A stretch of 63,358 nt of DNA, taken from contig NC_068983.1 of assembly GCF_001194135.2 (NCBI RefSeq), positions 142,416,195 through 142,479,552 on the forward strand. Reading direction: 5' to 3'. A program made the position numbers and the translations under genes. Below are positions 38,220-50,356 of this stretch, in pieces; position 1 is the stretch's first letter; each line of letters opens with the position of its first letter. The notes beneath the pieces were generated by a model. It was not told the origin of the DNA and searched no databases. It saw only the letters and a list, made by a program, of their open reading frames with translations. The DNA comes from Octopus bimaculoides (Eukaryota).

Positions 38220-39194
38220 ACATATAAATATACGATAAATAAGACCCCAAAGTACGATATGTAGCCCAAAGTAAGGAAACCTTACTAGCGACAGTTAGGA
38301 ACGAGGGAGTATTGAGAGCAGAGAAAAATGGAAAACAAAGGAAGAAGTACAAAAAGGATATGAAGACGAATTTCGCAAGAAGGGGCTACACAATCAATTC
38401 CATGTAGCCACAACAGAAGTTGCTGGAAAAAATAAGTGGGATTGGCTGGTGAAAGAAAAAAAGAGACCGGGAGCACTATACTCGCAGTGTAAGACCAAGC
38501 TTTGGCTATGAACTGGAGGCTCAACCTTAGAAATGAACAAGTGTCTCCGCTGTGCTGCATCTACAATAGAGTGGATGAAACCGTTGCCCATATCACGAAC
38601 GAATGCCTTGGACTTACCCAAAACCACTACAATTTGTGGTGACACGATCAGGTATCGAAAGTGCTACATTGGAAACTGTGTGAAAGAGGCAAGACGTGGT
38701 ATGAACACAAACCGCAGAGAATGGCAGAGGTGGACACTAGCAAAATCCTCTGAGATTTCCCAGTCCAAACAGATGCTAGAAGATAACAGACCAGATCTAG
38801 TGGTGGTGGACAAGATGCACCACATATGCTATATAGTTGATGTCGCATGCCCCTTTGACCCACGAATAGTCAAGAAAGAAAGCGAAAAGATAGATAGATA
38901 CAACCCTCTTAAGTACGAAATACCCCGACTATGGAAAATGAAGAAGGTGAAGATAGTGCCAATTATTGTTGGGAATTGTATCAGAAGACCTCAAGGGGAA
39001 TGTAAAGGAAATTGGAATAGAGTGCCCACTAGAACTGTTACAAGAGGTTTACCTCCTTGGCACGGCCAGAATAATCAGGAAAGTATTGGATAGCTGAAAA
39101 GAACGAATAGTGGGCTGCAGGTAGTAAGCCCGCTACGCATGCAAGACTCCAGGAGCTCCAACAAAACCTGTGATAAAGATCAAATAATAATAAT
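38220..39194 (+). mobile_element. R4/Dong-clade retrotransposon 3' end (CCHC finger, RLE, 3' UTR, TAA repeat)
   Basis: SPLCCIYNRVDETVAHITNEC...HDQVSKVLHWKLC; NRPDLVVVDK...IVDVACPFD...EKIDRY; GTARIIRKVLDS* (stop 39095-39097); TAATAATAAT at 39185. Confidence 0.88.
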
Positions 39195-40431
39195 CCTTGG
39201 ATGGAATTTATAAATTCCATTCAAAGATTCTTCTTCTTATTATTATTATAATTATTATATTTACCCTACGTTATATCGGTACAGCTCGATGCGACCCCGA
39301 AAAACTGGTATCGCCAGTCAGCATCATTAGACTCAGACCGGCATAATAGGAGATTTATTTGCATATTCAAAACGTTTCTCATAAACAAATTTAAAAGATA
39401 TGTATGTATGTATGCATGCATGCATGCATGTATTTATGAAGGTTGCTCCATTTTCATAGATGATTACCGTATTCTGGTGTTTTCTTCTTGTCGATAGCAT
39501 TTGTAACTTTCTGTTCATGCCCTCTTAGATATGACAGTCTTGTTGCAGATCCGCATGGTTTGGGGCATAGGTGACAGATGGGAGTTACATCTTACTGTGC
39601 GCTTCCGACTGGTTAGGTCTGCACACGTCATCAATCTTGTATCATATGGAATGACGATTAAGGTCACCGTAAAGAGACATCTGTACGTTATTGAATTATG
39701 GTAATAAACACTTGTACAACCCGAATACCTCTCTCTGAGTCTCCGGCATTTGTACCACAAAATACAAAGACACAGAAAATTAAGGGGAGCATATGATGTC
39801 TCAGGTCTAACAGCTGTTTCTAGGGGCTCGGAATTACTTCATAATGTTGGCAGATGTAGTTCACAAAAAGTCAAGAATATGCAGTCATAAGTACCTAACC
39901 ATTTTTTCACCCAAAAGACGGAGGTCGGAACTACTTAATGTTTATATGCTTCCACACGACTGGAAGCATATATCTAGCCCAAGCGGTTAAATTGTTTATT
40001 TGCATCATTATCTCCATATCTGCTCGCTTGGATTCCTCTTATAGCTACACTTTACCTTGCTACTTAGTCCTCGTTAAAGATTTCGGTGTGTAAGTTCAAA
40101 TCATTTGAGTGCCACCCACGATGTTTTCTAAATTGAGCAGCCATGGATCTCATCACACGCACACACATATACATATATATGTAAATAAACGCACGCACAC
40201 ACACGCACAATCGCGCGCGCATGTACACACACACACACACACACACACATAAATGATTCGGTATATCTCATTTAACGAGGACACACTGTAGTAAGCCACA
40301 CAACTGTTGTGTTCGTCCCGAGAAAGCATCTTGTATAGAACGTATAGTGCTAAAAAGCACAGTATATCAGTAGCAGAAATCGTCCGGCAGCGAAGTGTGT
40401 GTGTGTGTGTGTGTGTATGTGTGTGTGTGCA

Positions 40432-40466
<35 letters not shown>

Positions 40467-41110
40467 ATGCGTGCGTGCGCACGTGTGCGTATGTCTGTGT
40501 GAGTGTGCGTATGTCTGTGTGAGTGTGTGCGCGTTCGTATGTGTGTGTTGTTTTTTAAAGAACTCGGCAAACTGTAGGTGGAGGTCTCTTTCCAATTCTG
40601 AAACATGAAGAGGAAGACAGGAGGACAGACGCATAAATTTCAATTGGCCATTATACTACTTACAACACTTTAGTCAAACCACATGGCTGTAAAACTGTTC
40701 TGTCAGAGTAGTAATGATAATAAAGGATATATAAAATATAATTTACAATAATAGATATAAAAAAATATGTGAAAACAAAGAAACAACGGTGGAGTTTACG
40801 AAGAAAAAAAATAGAGAGCGTGTATGTATATCTGAACGTATGTTTGTATGTATGTCAGGGCATTTTTTATTGATTCTATGTAGTGTTTTTTTTTTCTTTT
40901 CTTTTCTTTCTTCTTGGTGGGGGCATTTTCAGTTAACAAATGAGAAAATGTTCAATGGTTGTGTTGAAATAATGGAAAATAAATATGTGCCTACATACAC
41001 ATTTATATATGCATTCATACATACACACTAACATACACAACCACACACATACACATACGCATACATGCAGATACATATGAAAGTAATATAATATGGTAGG
41101 TTAATTAACA

Positions 41111-41161
<51 letters not shown>

Positions 41162-41556
41162 CTGAATCGATAAAAGCCATAAAGAATGGAATGCATTTGT
41201 TCCATAAGGTTTACTCTCAAGGACAACGGCTGGTGAAGTGGCTCTTACATGAATGACAAAAACACTGTGAAGTTGCATATACATATATCGATCGAATGAT
41301 GCCTGCCTCCCCTCTTCCTCTCTCTTTCTTTCTCTCTCTGCCTGCGTGCCCGCTTGCCATTCGTTCGTTTATTCATTCATCCAATTATTTCAATCATTCA
41401 TCAGAACATTCATTCATTCATTCGCTCATTCAGTCAGATATTCAGACATCCAGTCATTCATTTAGTCAGATCAAGGAAGTCATTCATACAAATTATATCT
41501 GCTGACTCAGCTCAGTAACTACACACACGCACACACACACGCGCACGCACACGCAC

Positions 41557-41598
<42 letters not shown>

Positions 41599-41849
41599 AC
41601 ACACAAACAGATTTACACGCATATGCACGCACAAGGCACGTACGTAAACACATTAATACATAGACATTAATGCATACATGTGCATCCAATTGCTTTTCTG
41701 TTCCCTCCCCTCTCCCTGTCTTTCTCTCTCTCTCTCTCTCCCCCTCTCTCTCTCTCTCACTCTCTCTCTCTCTTCTCCTTTTCCTCCTTCATTTCTCACC
41801 TTTGTTCCTCTTCGTCACTTCCCCCCTTCTTTCAACTATCTTTATCCAC

Positions 41850-42207
41850 CCCCAATCACCAGCACCGTCATCACCACCATTAAACGTTACCAATTCTTCT
41901 CGTCAAATCTACCTCTTCACTCTTCCACATTCACCACCACCAACTCCTCCTTCTCCACTACCACCACAACCACTACTCTACCACCACCTCCACTACTACT
42001 ACTACTACTACTACTACCACCTCCACTACGACTACTACTTGCATAATCAAAGGCTCTGAAAAATATTTTAATAAAAAATGCGAACACTCCCTCACCCTCC
42101 TTCGCTATCATTCTCACCGGAAGCTTCTACGTGGTTGCTCCATATGCTAGAAATAGTGACCCAAATTTGCCCAAACTCAATCCTAACCGCGTATAAATAG
42201 AAATGCA

Positions 42208-42248
<41 letters not shown>

Positions 42249-43552
42249 TATCATCATCATTATCGGCGTCGTGAATTTGATTCCATTGACTGTGCATGAA
42301 TTCCAAGATAGTCTTTTAAGTCTTTATTTCCTTTGTTCTTTGTGCATGTAGATCAGGAATGGGCAACTTTTTCGAAAGTGAGACATGGTTCATAATGAGC
42401 CCAGCAGCACTACTAAACACAAATACTCAAGGCAGGGGGCGAACTGAGAGTATTAAGGGCCGTCGGGCATAACTGTTTACCGGGCCCCTTTGAATGTGCT
42501 TTAGTAGAGTTAACATGTAGAGTGCGGGGGGATCTTGTTCAAAACGGGGGCACCAGTATTTTCTTAACGAAACACTTTGAAACTTGGGACACTGGTAGAA
42601 TGTGTCATATAAAACATCTTTTTCTCTTAGTCTTCTTAACAAAAAAACGTACATCGCAAGTTATTTCATGTTAAAGTTGTCGTATTTCTGTAATTTCAAC
42701 CAATGACTGACGTCCATTCAGCCTGATATTATTAAGTGCTGACTATGTAAACAAACGATGGCTGAAGCATATTGGCAGTAGGGTTAGGGTTAGGGTTATG
42801 AAAGAAAATGAAAAAAGCAAATGTTGTACACATACAGTTCAGGCAGATGTTAACGAAATTATAAATGGAGATTAAATACGCTTTACACCGCTTAAACTTC
42901 CAAAGGAGCAAGTGTAAACAGTTGAATACTTGTCAGTGATTGGTTGAAATTATCGAAATAAGACAATTTTTTACATGAAATAAATTCGAATACAAAAATT
43001 TTTTTCTGTTCTATAACACAAAATAGATAAGTATACGAAGTTTGAAAGTCTTTCGGTACCCAAAACACTACATAAAACATTAATGAAAACTGGTGCCCCC
43101 GTTTTGAACAAGATCCGTGCGGGGTCCCTCAGAGCCCCGGGCCCTCGGGCAGTGTCCGATTGAGCGACGGCTCAGTCCACCCCTGATTCAAGGTAATTTT
43201 TCGCTAGTCCATCAAACTGCAGTTTACCCATGGCAATTCTAGACACCAAGTCTGCATTGAAATGAACCGGAAAGTCAAAATTGGGTTGTCTCGCCTTTCG
43301 TCATAAGTCTTCCTCACGGAGGCTGACCGGAAAGAAGGTAACCACCACCACCATCACAACAACAACAACAACCACTGCCACGTTCGTTACTACCGCCAAA
43401 CTACCAATACTACTACCATTATACTGCTATCACTACTACCTCAACTGCTACTGTCTAAACCTCATTATTCCTTGTTATCACCATTTCCCATTACCAAATT
43501 ACTTCCACCACCACTACCACTAGTAGAAGCAGCAGTAGCAGCAGCAGCAGCT

Positions 43553-43615
<63 letters not shown>

Positions 43616-43715
43616 CTACTACTACTACTACTACTACAGATATAACCACTACCACCATAAATTATGATCGCTACTGCTACTATTACTACTGATATCACCA
43701 CTGCTATCCTTATTG

Positions 43716-43763
<48 letters not shown>

Positions 43764-44041
43764 GAGCACAGTTATCATTGTCTTTTTTCTACCTCTTGTG
43801 TCAAAACACTTCCAGACTATAACCATTATACCCCTACCACCCTACTACCATCACCACCACCACCACCACCACCACTGCTACTATCATAAATACTACTACC
43901 TCCACCACTACATTGTCATCGCCATTTCCACTCGCACATTAACTGACATACTACTACCAAGGCACTACTGCAGGTACCACACCAAAACCACTATCGCATC
44001 ATTATCACACTACCACCACCACCACTACTACTGCTACTACA

Positions 44042-44083
<42 letters not shown>

Positions 44084-44548
44084 GCCATATAATACTACCA
44101 CTACGCAACTACCGTCATCGCCGCCGATACCATCAGCACCACCATAACCACTACCGTCTTCACCGCCATCTTAATTACACTATTCCCGCCCCTATGACTG
44201 CACAATTAAAATGCAGCCCCGTCAGTTTCCCCTACTAACCCTAACCTTCTTCCTCCTGATCATCACCACCACCACCGGCCACCGGCACCGACGCCATTTT
44301 CCTCCACCCTTCCTATCGTCTGCCATTTCTACAACATGCTCCATTGTTCAAAATCAATTCTCATTGAAGTTTTAATAACGTTGTTGTTGTTGCTGTTGCT
44401 GTTGTTGTTGTTGTCGCTGTTGTTGTTGTTGCTGCTGCAGTTAATGTTAACTTATATTGTTTTGTTTTTCTTTGTTCTTGCTTGCGGACATTGTTATTAC
44501 TGTGGACGTTTGTTACTCTCGCTGTTGTTGTTGTTGCCATTACTATCA

Positions 44549-44589
<41 letters not shown>

Positions 44590-45350
44590 TACTGCTGTTG
44601 TTGTTGTTGGTGGTGGTGGTGGTGTTGGTGGTGTTGGTGGTGGTGGTGGTGGCGGTGATGNNNNNNNNNNNNNNNNNNNNNNNNNNNNNNNNNNNNNNNN
44701 NNNNNNNNNNNNNNNNNNNNNNNNNNNNNNNNNNNNNNNNNNNNNNNNNNNNNNNNNNNNNNNNNNNNNNNNNNNNNNNNNNNNNNNNNNNNNNNNNNNN
44801 NNNNNNNNNNNNNNNNNNNNNNNNNNNNNNNNNNNNNNNNNNNNNNNNNNNNNNNNNNNNNNNNNNNNNNNNNNNNNNNNNNNNNNNNNNNNNNNNNNNN
44901 NNNNNNNNNNNNNNNNNNNNNNNNNNNNNNNNNNNNNNNNNNNNNNNNNNNNNNNNNNNNNNNNNNNNNNNNNNNNNNNNNNNNNNNNNNNNNNNNNNNN
45001 NNNNNNNNNNNNNNNNNNNNNNNNNNNNNNNNNNNNNNNNNNNNNNNNNNNNNNNTCCTCGTTGTTATTAACATTCTTCATGTCATTGTCATGGCCGACC
45101 ACGCTGTTATTGTTGTTGGTGTTGTTGCTGTTCCTGCTGCCGTTACTTTCATTCAAGCAAAAGAGGAGATGGATGGAGGTGATGGATGGGGGGGGGGGTT
45201 AATACGGGATCAAAGCCCAGATAGGTGACAGCTGAAATCGAGATAGATAGACTGATAGACAAATGAGAGAGAGCAAGAAAAGAGACAGACAGATAGACAG
45301 AGACTACCACCATCACCACCACCACGTCACCGAATTACCCCCCCCCCTCC
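41850..45350. repeat. Mosaic trinucleotide low-complexity block (CTA/TAG, CAC, CAT, TTG, TTA, GGT), interrupted by a MITE
   Basis: Directly visible. It yields poly-Y/H/T/L pseudo-ORFs. Confidence 0.92.
42433..43185. mobile_element. hAT-type MITE (753 bp) with 8-bp TSD
   Basis: Termini CAGGGGGCGAACTGAG / CTCAGTCCACCCCTG; flanks ACTCAAGG / ATTCAAGG; perfect 27-bp subterminal inverted repeat at 42530-42556 and 43090-43116. Confidence 0.88.
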
Positions 45351-46072
45351 TACCAACTTCCCCTACCAACTCCTCTACTATCCCTTTCAGCCAAGCACTT
45401 CGCGCCACACGTACATTTACTGAATGGTCTCGGAGACGCAGCGAGAGAACGATCAATATTTGAACGCATTTTGCCTTTCACAAATACAAAGCATGCACGA
45501 ATACAGTCACTCAGATGCAGCATGCACGCACAAGTCATGTACGCATGCGTAGTCTCTCACGCTCTTGAACTTCTCTTTATTCATATACACTCTTACACAC
45601 ACACACACACACACACATACACACACACAACACGCAAGCAAACGCACTCGAGTTTCGCCCTTGGCTGCGACAAATTTTATTCTTTGTTAAATAAAATACA
45701 CCTTTGTCCAATCTACCCGGCGATTTACGTTCTATATCAAATAATGCTTAAATTTTAAATAATACTTACACTATGATACAAATGTGCACACACACTCACA
45801 TGCATATATCTATATCTATATGTAATTATAGATACACGCATAATACATATGTGTGTGTGTGTATATATATATANNNNNNNNNNNNNNNNNNNNNNNNNNN
45901 NNNNNNNNNNNNNNNNNNNNNNNNNNNNNNNNNNNNNNNNNNNNNNNNNNNNNNNNNNNNNNNNNNNNNNNNNNNNNNNNNNNNNNNATAATGTATATAC
46001 TGTGTGTGTGTTGGAAAATACAAACCAATATACTGAGAAAAAGTTGAAAATACGTCAAAAATTTCGTACGTA

Positions 46073-46925
46073 CGAGGGTTGGTAGAAAAGTTCATAGGTT
46101 GACCAAGATACACTCATCGAATGTGACCAAATGGGGTTTATTTTTCAACATAGTCCCCCTTGCGATCTACACACTTCTTCTATCGGTGTTGCAGTGTTTG
46201 GATCCCTTTTAGTCTCTTGGTCAAAAAAGTCAGCAACAGCAGACATGACATCAACATCACTGCGACGCTGGATCCCAGCCAAGTGTTTTTTTCATGTTGG
46301 GGAATAGATGATAGTCAGGTGGGGCCAAATCAGAAGAACATGGAGTGTGGTCAGCTAGTTCATAGCCACAGTCACGCACAATAATCATTGAAACCAAGGA
46401 TTTGTATGCTGAAGCATTGTCCTGGTGAAAAAAAGACCTTTTTCGTCAGTTTTCCTGGGCGTTTGGTCTTGATAGTCTTTCGTAATTGCCTCAGTAAGTT
46501 GGCATAGTACGTTCCATTGATGATGTGGCCTTTTTGAAGACAGTCAAAAAACAATGCATTTGGCATCACCAAACCAGGAGCTGTCATCTTCCCTTGAAAT
46601 GAAACGACCTTGGCCTTCTTTGAAGCAGATGAGGAGGGGTGTTTCTACTGCTTGGATTGTCTCTGCCTCAAGTGATGAACTCAACACTCATCTTGGGTTA
46701 GGAAACGTACAAGAAAATTAGCTGGATCTGTTTCAAACAGTGTCATACTTACTCATGATTCGATCGTCCTGGTGCGCTTTTGATTAGGTGTCAGAAGACG
46801 TGGCACCCGCCAAACAGAAACCTTCCTCGTTTCAAGTTCGTCGTGTAGAATATTCTCAACTCTCTCACGGGATATGCTAATAGGATTAGCTATTTGATTT
46901 ATAGTCAATCGTCTGTCATCCCTCA
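46073..46925 (-). mobile_element. mariner element, 3' TIR plus decayed transposase, 5' truncated
   Basis: TA|CGAGGGTTGGTAGAAAAGTTC TIR; DDRRLTINQIA, WRVPRLLTP, INGTYYANLLRQLR and KKCVDRKGDYVEK* (stop 46138-46140). Confidence 0.9.
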
Positions 46926-46974
46926 AGTTTAAGAAATTTCGTTTTAACGAAAACATTCTTTAGATAAAATTCCC

Positions 46975-47518
46975 CTACAATTCTTTTCAGCCCACTTATA
47001 TATTTCATCTAGCTCACAGTGCAGGTGCATAGTGTCTTCAGGGTTCTGTATCACCTGTGAGACTTGTGTATCATCTGCATAACTTGTGACCGTGGCTCTC
47101 TGTGTAGCTGAGGGCATATCTGAGACGGCCATTATGAACAGTAGTAGTCCCAAAACAGTACCTTGTGGAACACCGCTCACTATTTGCGTATCATTAGAGG
47201 TGGTCCCATTTGCTACTACCACCTGACTTCTACCCTTAAGAAAGTCATGCAGCCATTCTCCCAGTTTTTCGACTATGCCGAGATCACGCAGTTTGTGACA
47301 TATCATTCCCTGATCGACTTTATCAACGGCCTTTGCAGAGTCGAGATATATCACTTCCACATTTGAGTGGTTGAGCAGGTGTTTCAGCACCAAGTCATGG
47401 TGTTGTAAGAGCTGTGTCAGGCAGCTTCTTCCTGGTCGGAAACTACGTTGGGTGTCAGTCAGCGAGTCATTTCCCTCAAGGAAGGTGATTAGTTTTCTTC
47501 TGACTATTCGTTCCATGA
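46975..47518 (-). mobile_element. CR1-like LINE reverse transcriptase fragment
   Basis: MERIV...SFRPGRSCLTQLL...IYLDSAKAVDKVD...SGVPQGTVLGLLLF...SYADDTQ, open across the fragment. Confidence 0.95.
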
Positions 47519-47519
47519 C

Positions 47520-47571
<52 letters not shown>

Positions 47572-47743
47572 ACATATATAGAGATATAAATATATATATA
47601 GGAAGAATTCACACAAAAAAAACAAAAGACGAAGAAAGGTGGTGTAGGCAACAAACAGATGTATTAGTATAACGCTCGGGAAGTGAAAAAGTCTTTATTG
47701 AAACGCGTTATTACTCTGATATAAGAAAGCAATTTCGTTATAA

Positions 47744-47802
<59 letters not shown>

Positions 47803-47954
47803 GCAAACATATATATATATATACATATATATACATACATATATATGTACATACATATGTACATACATATATATGTACATATATATACATACATGCATGC
47901 ATACATAATACATACATACATACATACATACATACATACATACATACATACATA

Positions 47955-48060
47955 CATACCCGCCTGTAGATGTTGAAATTCTAATGAAGGAACCTTGGAT
48001 CTAGGTTAGAAACCGGTTTTTTCTCTATTGGCTAAAAATCTTGAAATAGATTGAACTATG
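47955..48060 (+). mobile_element. 3' UTR-only copy of the R4/Dong-like element at 9481-10690
   Basis: GATGTTGAAATTCTAATGAAGGAACCTTGGATCTAGGTTAGAAACCGG aligns with the reverse complement of 9490-9585, again preceded by (TACA)n. Confidence 0.75.
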
Positions 48061-48289
48061 ACATACATATGTATGTCCAGGCATAATCGCACATATAATT
48101 ATCGATTTAACTAGTTAGCTACATACACACAAACTATTGCGTATAAATATCTATATGTGTATATGTGCGTGCGAGCGCGTGTGTATAAGTGAGTGTGCGT
48201 ACGTGCGTTCGTGGGGGTGTAAGGAAGTTGCACTGAGTATTTGTAAACAGGCTTTAGTCGACTATAATAAACTGAAGACGATCTAACAT

Positions 48290-48920
48290 AATGTTACGAG
48301 TCATGCTCACGGCTGTCGCTGCCAACCACAAAGTCTCGGGGATCAGTTTTTTAAATGTGGATCGAGCTTCCATATTCAGTATAAAGAAAGAGGTGGAGGC
48401 CTATATCGGGGTTGTTTCATTCATGACCAAATGGAAAAGGCATTCTCATAGCTGAGAGGACCCGGGGCATCATCAACAACAATCCTAGGAAAGCGTTGTG
48501 TGCGATTGTCAAGCAGCTCAAGGTGCCAATTGCCAAGCAGCCCAAGGTGCCAATTGCCAAGCAGTCCAAGGTGCCAATTGCCGAGCAGCTCGAAATGTGT
48601 GTTGCTCCAGAACATCAGTTTCAAGCTCTACCTGATACGGAGTTGGCAGCTTTTGTCCAGCAAGACTCAGAATCCCATGATATTATGGATCTCAAAAATC
48701 ATGTGGACTCCTATCTCGGCCGATTTGAACATCCTGAGCTGCTGCACCAACGACATGGTCGGGAAAAGCAACGACTGGCACCGTATGTCACCAAGGACCC
48801 TATGGAGGCTGTCGTCGTATGTTTGGTGAATGACATGGGGACGACTTAATCCTGGAATCCAGTCGCTTCAGTAGCTATATCGGAGTCGTCATTAAGGCAG
48901 AGGTCGATTTTATTTAACCG
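48290..48920 (+). mobile_element. Internally deleted Tc1/mariner (maT/DD37D-like) transposase remnant
   Basis: RGIINNNPRKALCAIVKQLKV; FVQQDSESH; MWTPISADLNIL (WPPNSPDLNPL-like); SRFSSYIGVVIKAEVDFI*. Confidence 0.65.
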
Positions 48921-49276
48921 ACCGTTTCTTTAATATATCTAGTTGAAAACAGGTGTGGTATTATCTTTATCTTGGAGTATATTGTTTTACCTGTTTGTTG
49001 TCCTGTTTTCCTGGGTTTGTTTTGTTTACAAATACCCGGCGCCCCCTATGTGTGTGCGTGTATGGATGTGTAACCAGAATAACAAAAAAACACGGCCTAA
49101 AGAAAGAACTAGAATAGAAAATGAAGGCGGTTACACCTGAAAAAAAAAAAAGAAAAACTTAAACATTATTCATGTTTTGGAACAAAGAAAACTACGTGAT
49201 CTATTTTAGTGGTAGAAAGTGAAGTTTCAAATGTATCCCAAAGTTCCTTGCATATTTTTACTATTTAGAAATACCG

Positions 49277-49308
<32 letters not shown>

Positions 49309-49518
49309 CCACGTAGTTCTATGGATGATGTGAATGTTGTATTGAAGACGGGGATTGTCACGACTTGAACACATTTGATCATTGATTTTCGACTGCGATT
49401 GATCAGACACTACACGACACAGCAAAAACTGAATTCAGACCAAAGAGGGAAGGATTCTGTGCGAGTACACGACCTGATGGTTATAGCAGCAAAATTTCCC
49501 CCAAATCACATCCTCTTC

Positions 49519-49738
49519 TACTCTAGGCACGAGGCCCGAAATTTTGGGTGAGGGAGCCAGTCGATTAGATCGACCCCGGTACGCAACTGGTACTTAATTT
49601 ATCGACCCCGAAAGGATGGAAGGCAAAATCGACCTCGGCGGAATTTGAACTCAGAACGTAGAGGCAGACGAAATACCGCTAAGCATTTCGCCGGGCGAAA
49701 TGCTTAGCGGTAACTAAGCTTCTGCCTGCTCGCCGCCT
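49519..49738 (-). mobile_element. SINE family B, near full length
   Basis: B box GAGTTCAAATTCC on the minus strand; collinear with 61525-61724. Confidence 0.92.
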
Positions 49739-50310
49739 TCTTCAAATCACACGCTACCATCTTAAATTAGGAAAGGATATACTGGAACTACAGTGTTCTA
49801 TAGACAAACAGACGAGATAATTTGCATGTGTGTGTACGTGCGAGTGCGTGTGTATATATATGAATGCATANNNNNNNNNNNNNNNNNNNNNNNNNNNNNN
49901 NNNNNNNNNNNNNNNNNNNNNNNNNNNNNNNNNNNNNNNNNNNNNNNNNNNNNNNNNNNNNNNNNNNNNNNNNNNNNNNNNNNNNNNNNNNNNNNNNNNN
50001 NNNNNNNNNNNNNNNNNNNNNNNNNNNNNNNNNNNNNNNNNNNNNNNNNNNNNNNNNNNNNNNNNNNNNNNNNNNNNNNNNNNNNNNNNNNNNNNNNNNN
50101 NNNNNNNNNNNNNNNNNNNNNNNNNNNNNNNNNNNNNNNNNNNNNNNNNNNNNNNNNNNNNNNNNNNNNNNNNNNNNNNNNNNNNNNNNNNNNNNNNNNN
50201 NNNNNNNNNNNNNNNNNNNNNNNNNNNNNNNNNNNNNNNNNNNNNNNNNNNNNNNNNNNNNNNNNNNNNNNNNNNNNNNNNNNNNNNNNNNNNNNNNNNN
50301 NNNNNNNNNN

Positions 50311-50356
<46 letters not shown>

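Noticed and set aside
39515-39760. 81-aa minus-strand ORF in non-repetitive sequence
   Set aside because: No motif, no clear splice sites, and the length is within random expectation.
40067-40282. 12-bp inverted repeat GTCCTCGTTAAA/TTTAACGAGGAC
   Set aside because: No extension or TSD; a match of this length at this spacing is plausible by chance in 63 kb.
42781-42798. Telomere or chromosome-fusion site
   Set aside because: Only three hexamers, inside a MITE, with no head-to-head array.
47690-47735. GAAACGCGTT followed by CTGATATA as a hammerhead
   Set aside because: No CUGANGA upstream, and only ~5 nt between the triplet and CTGA, too short for stem I.
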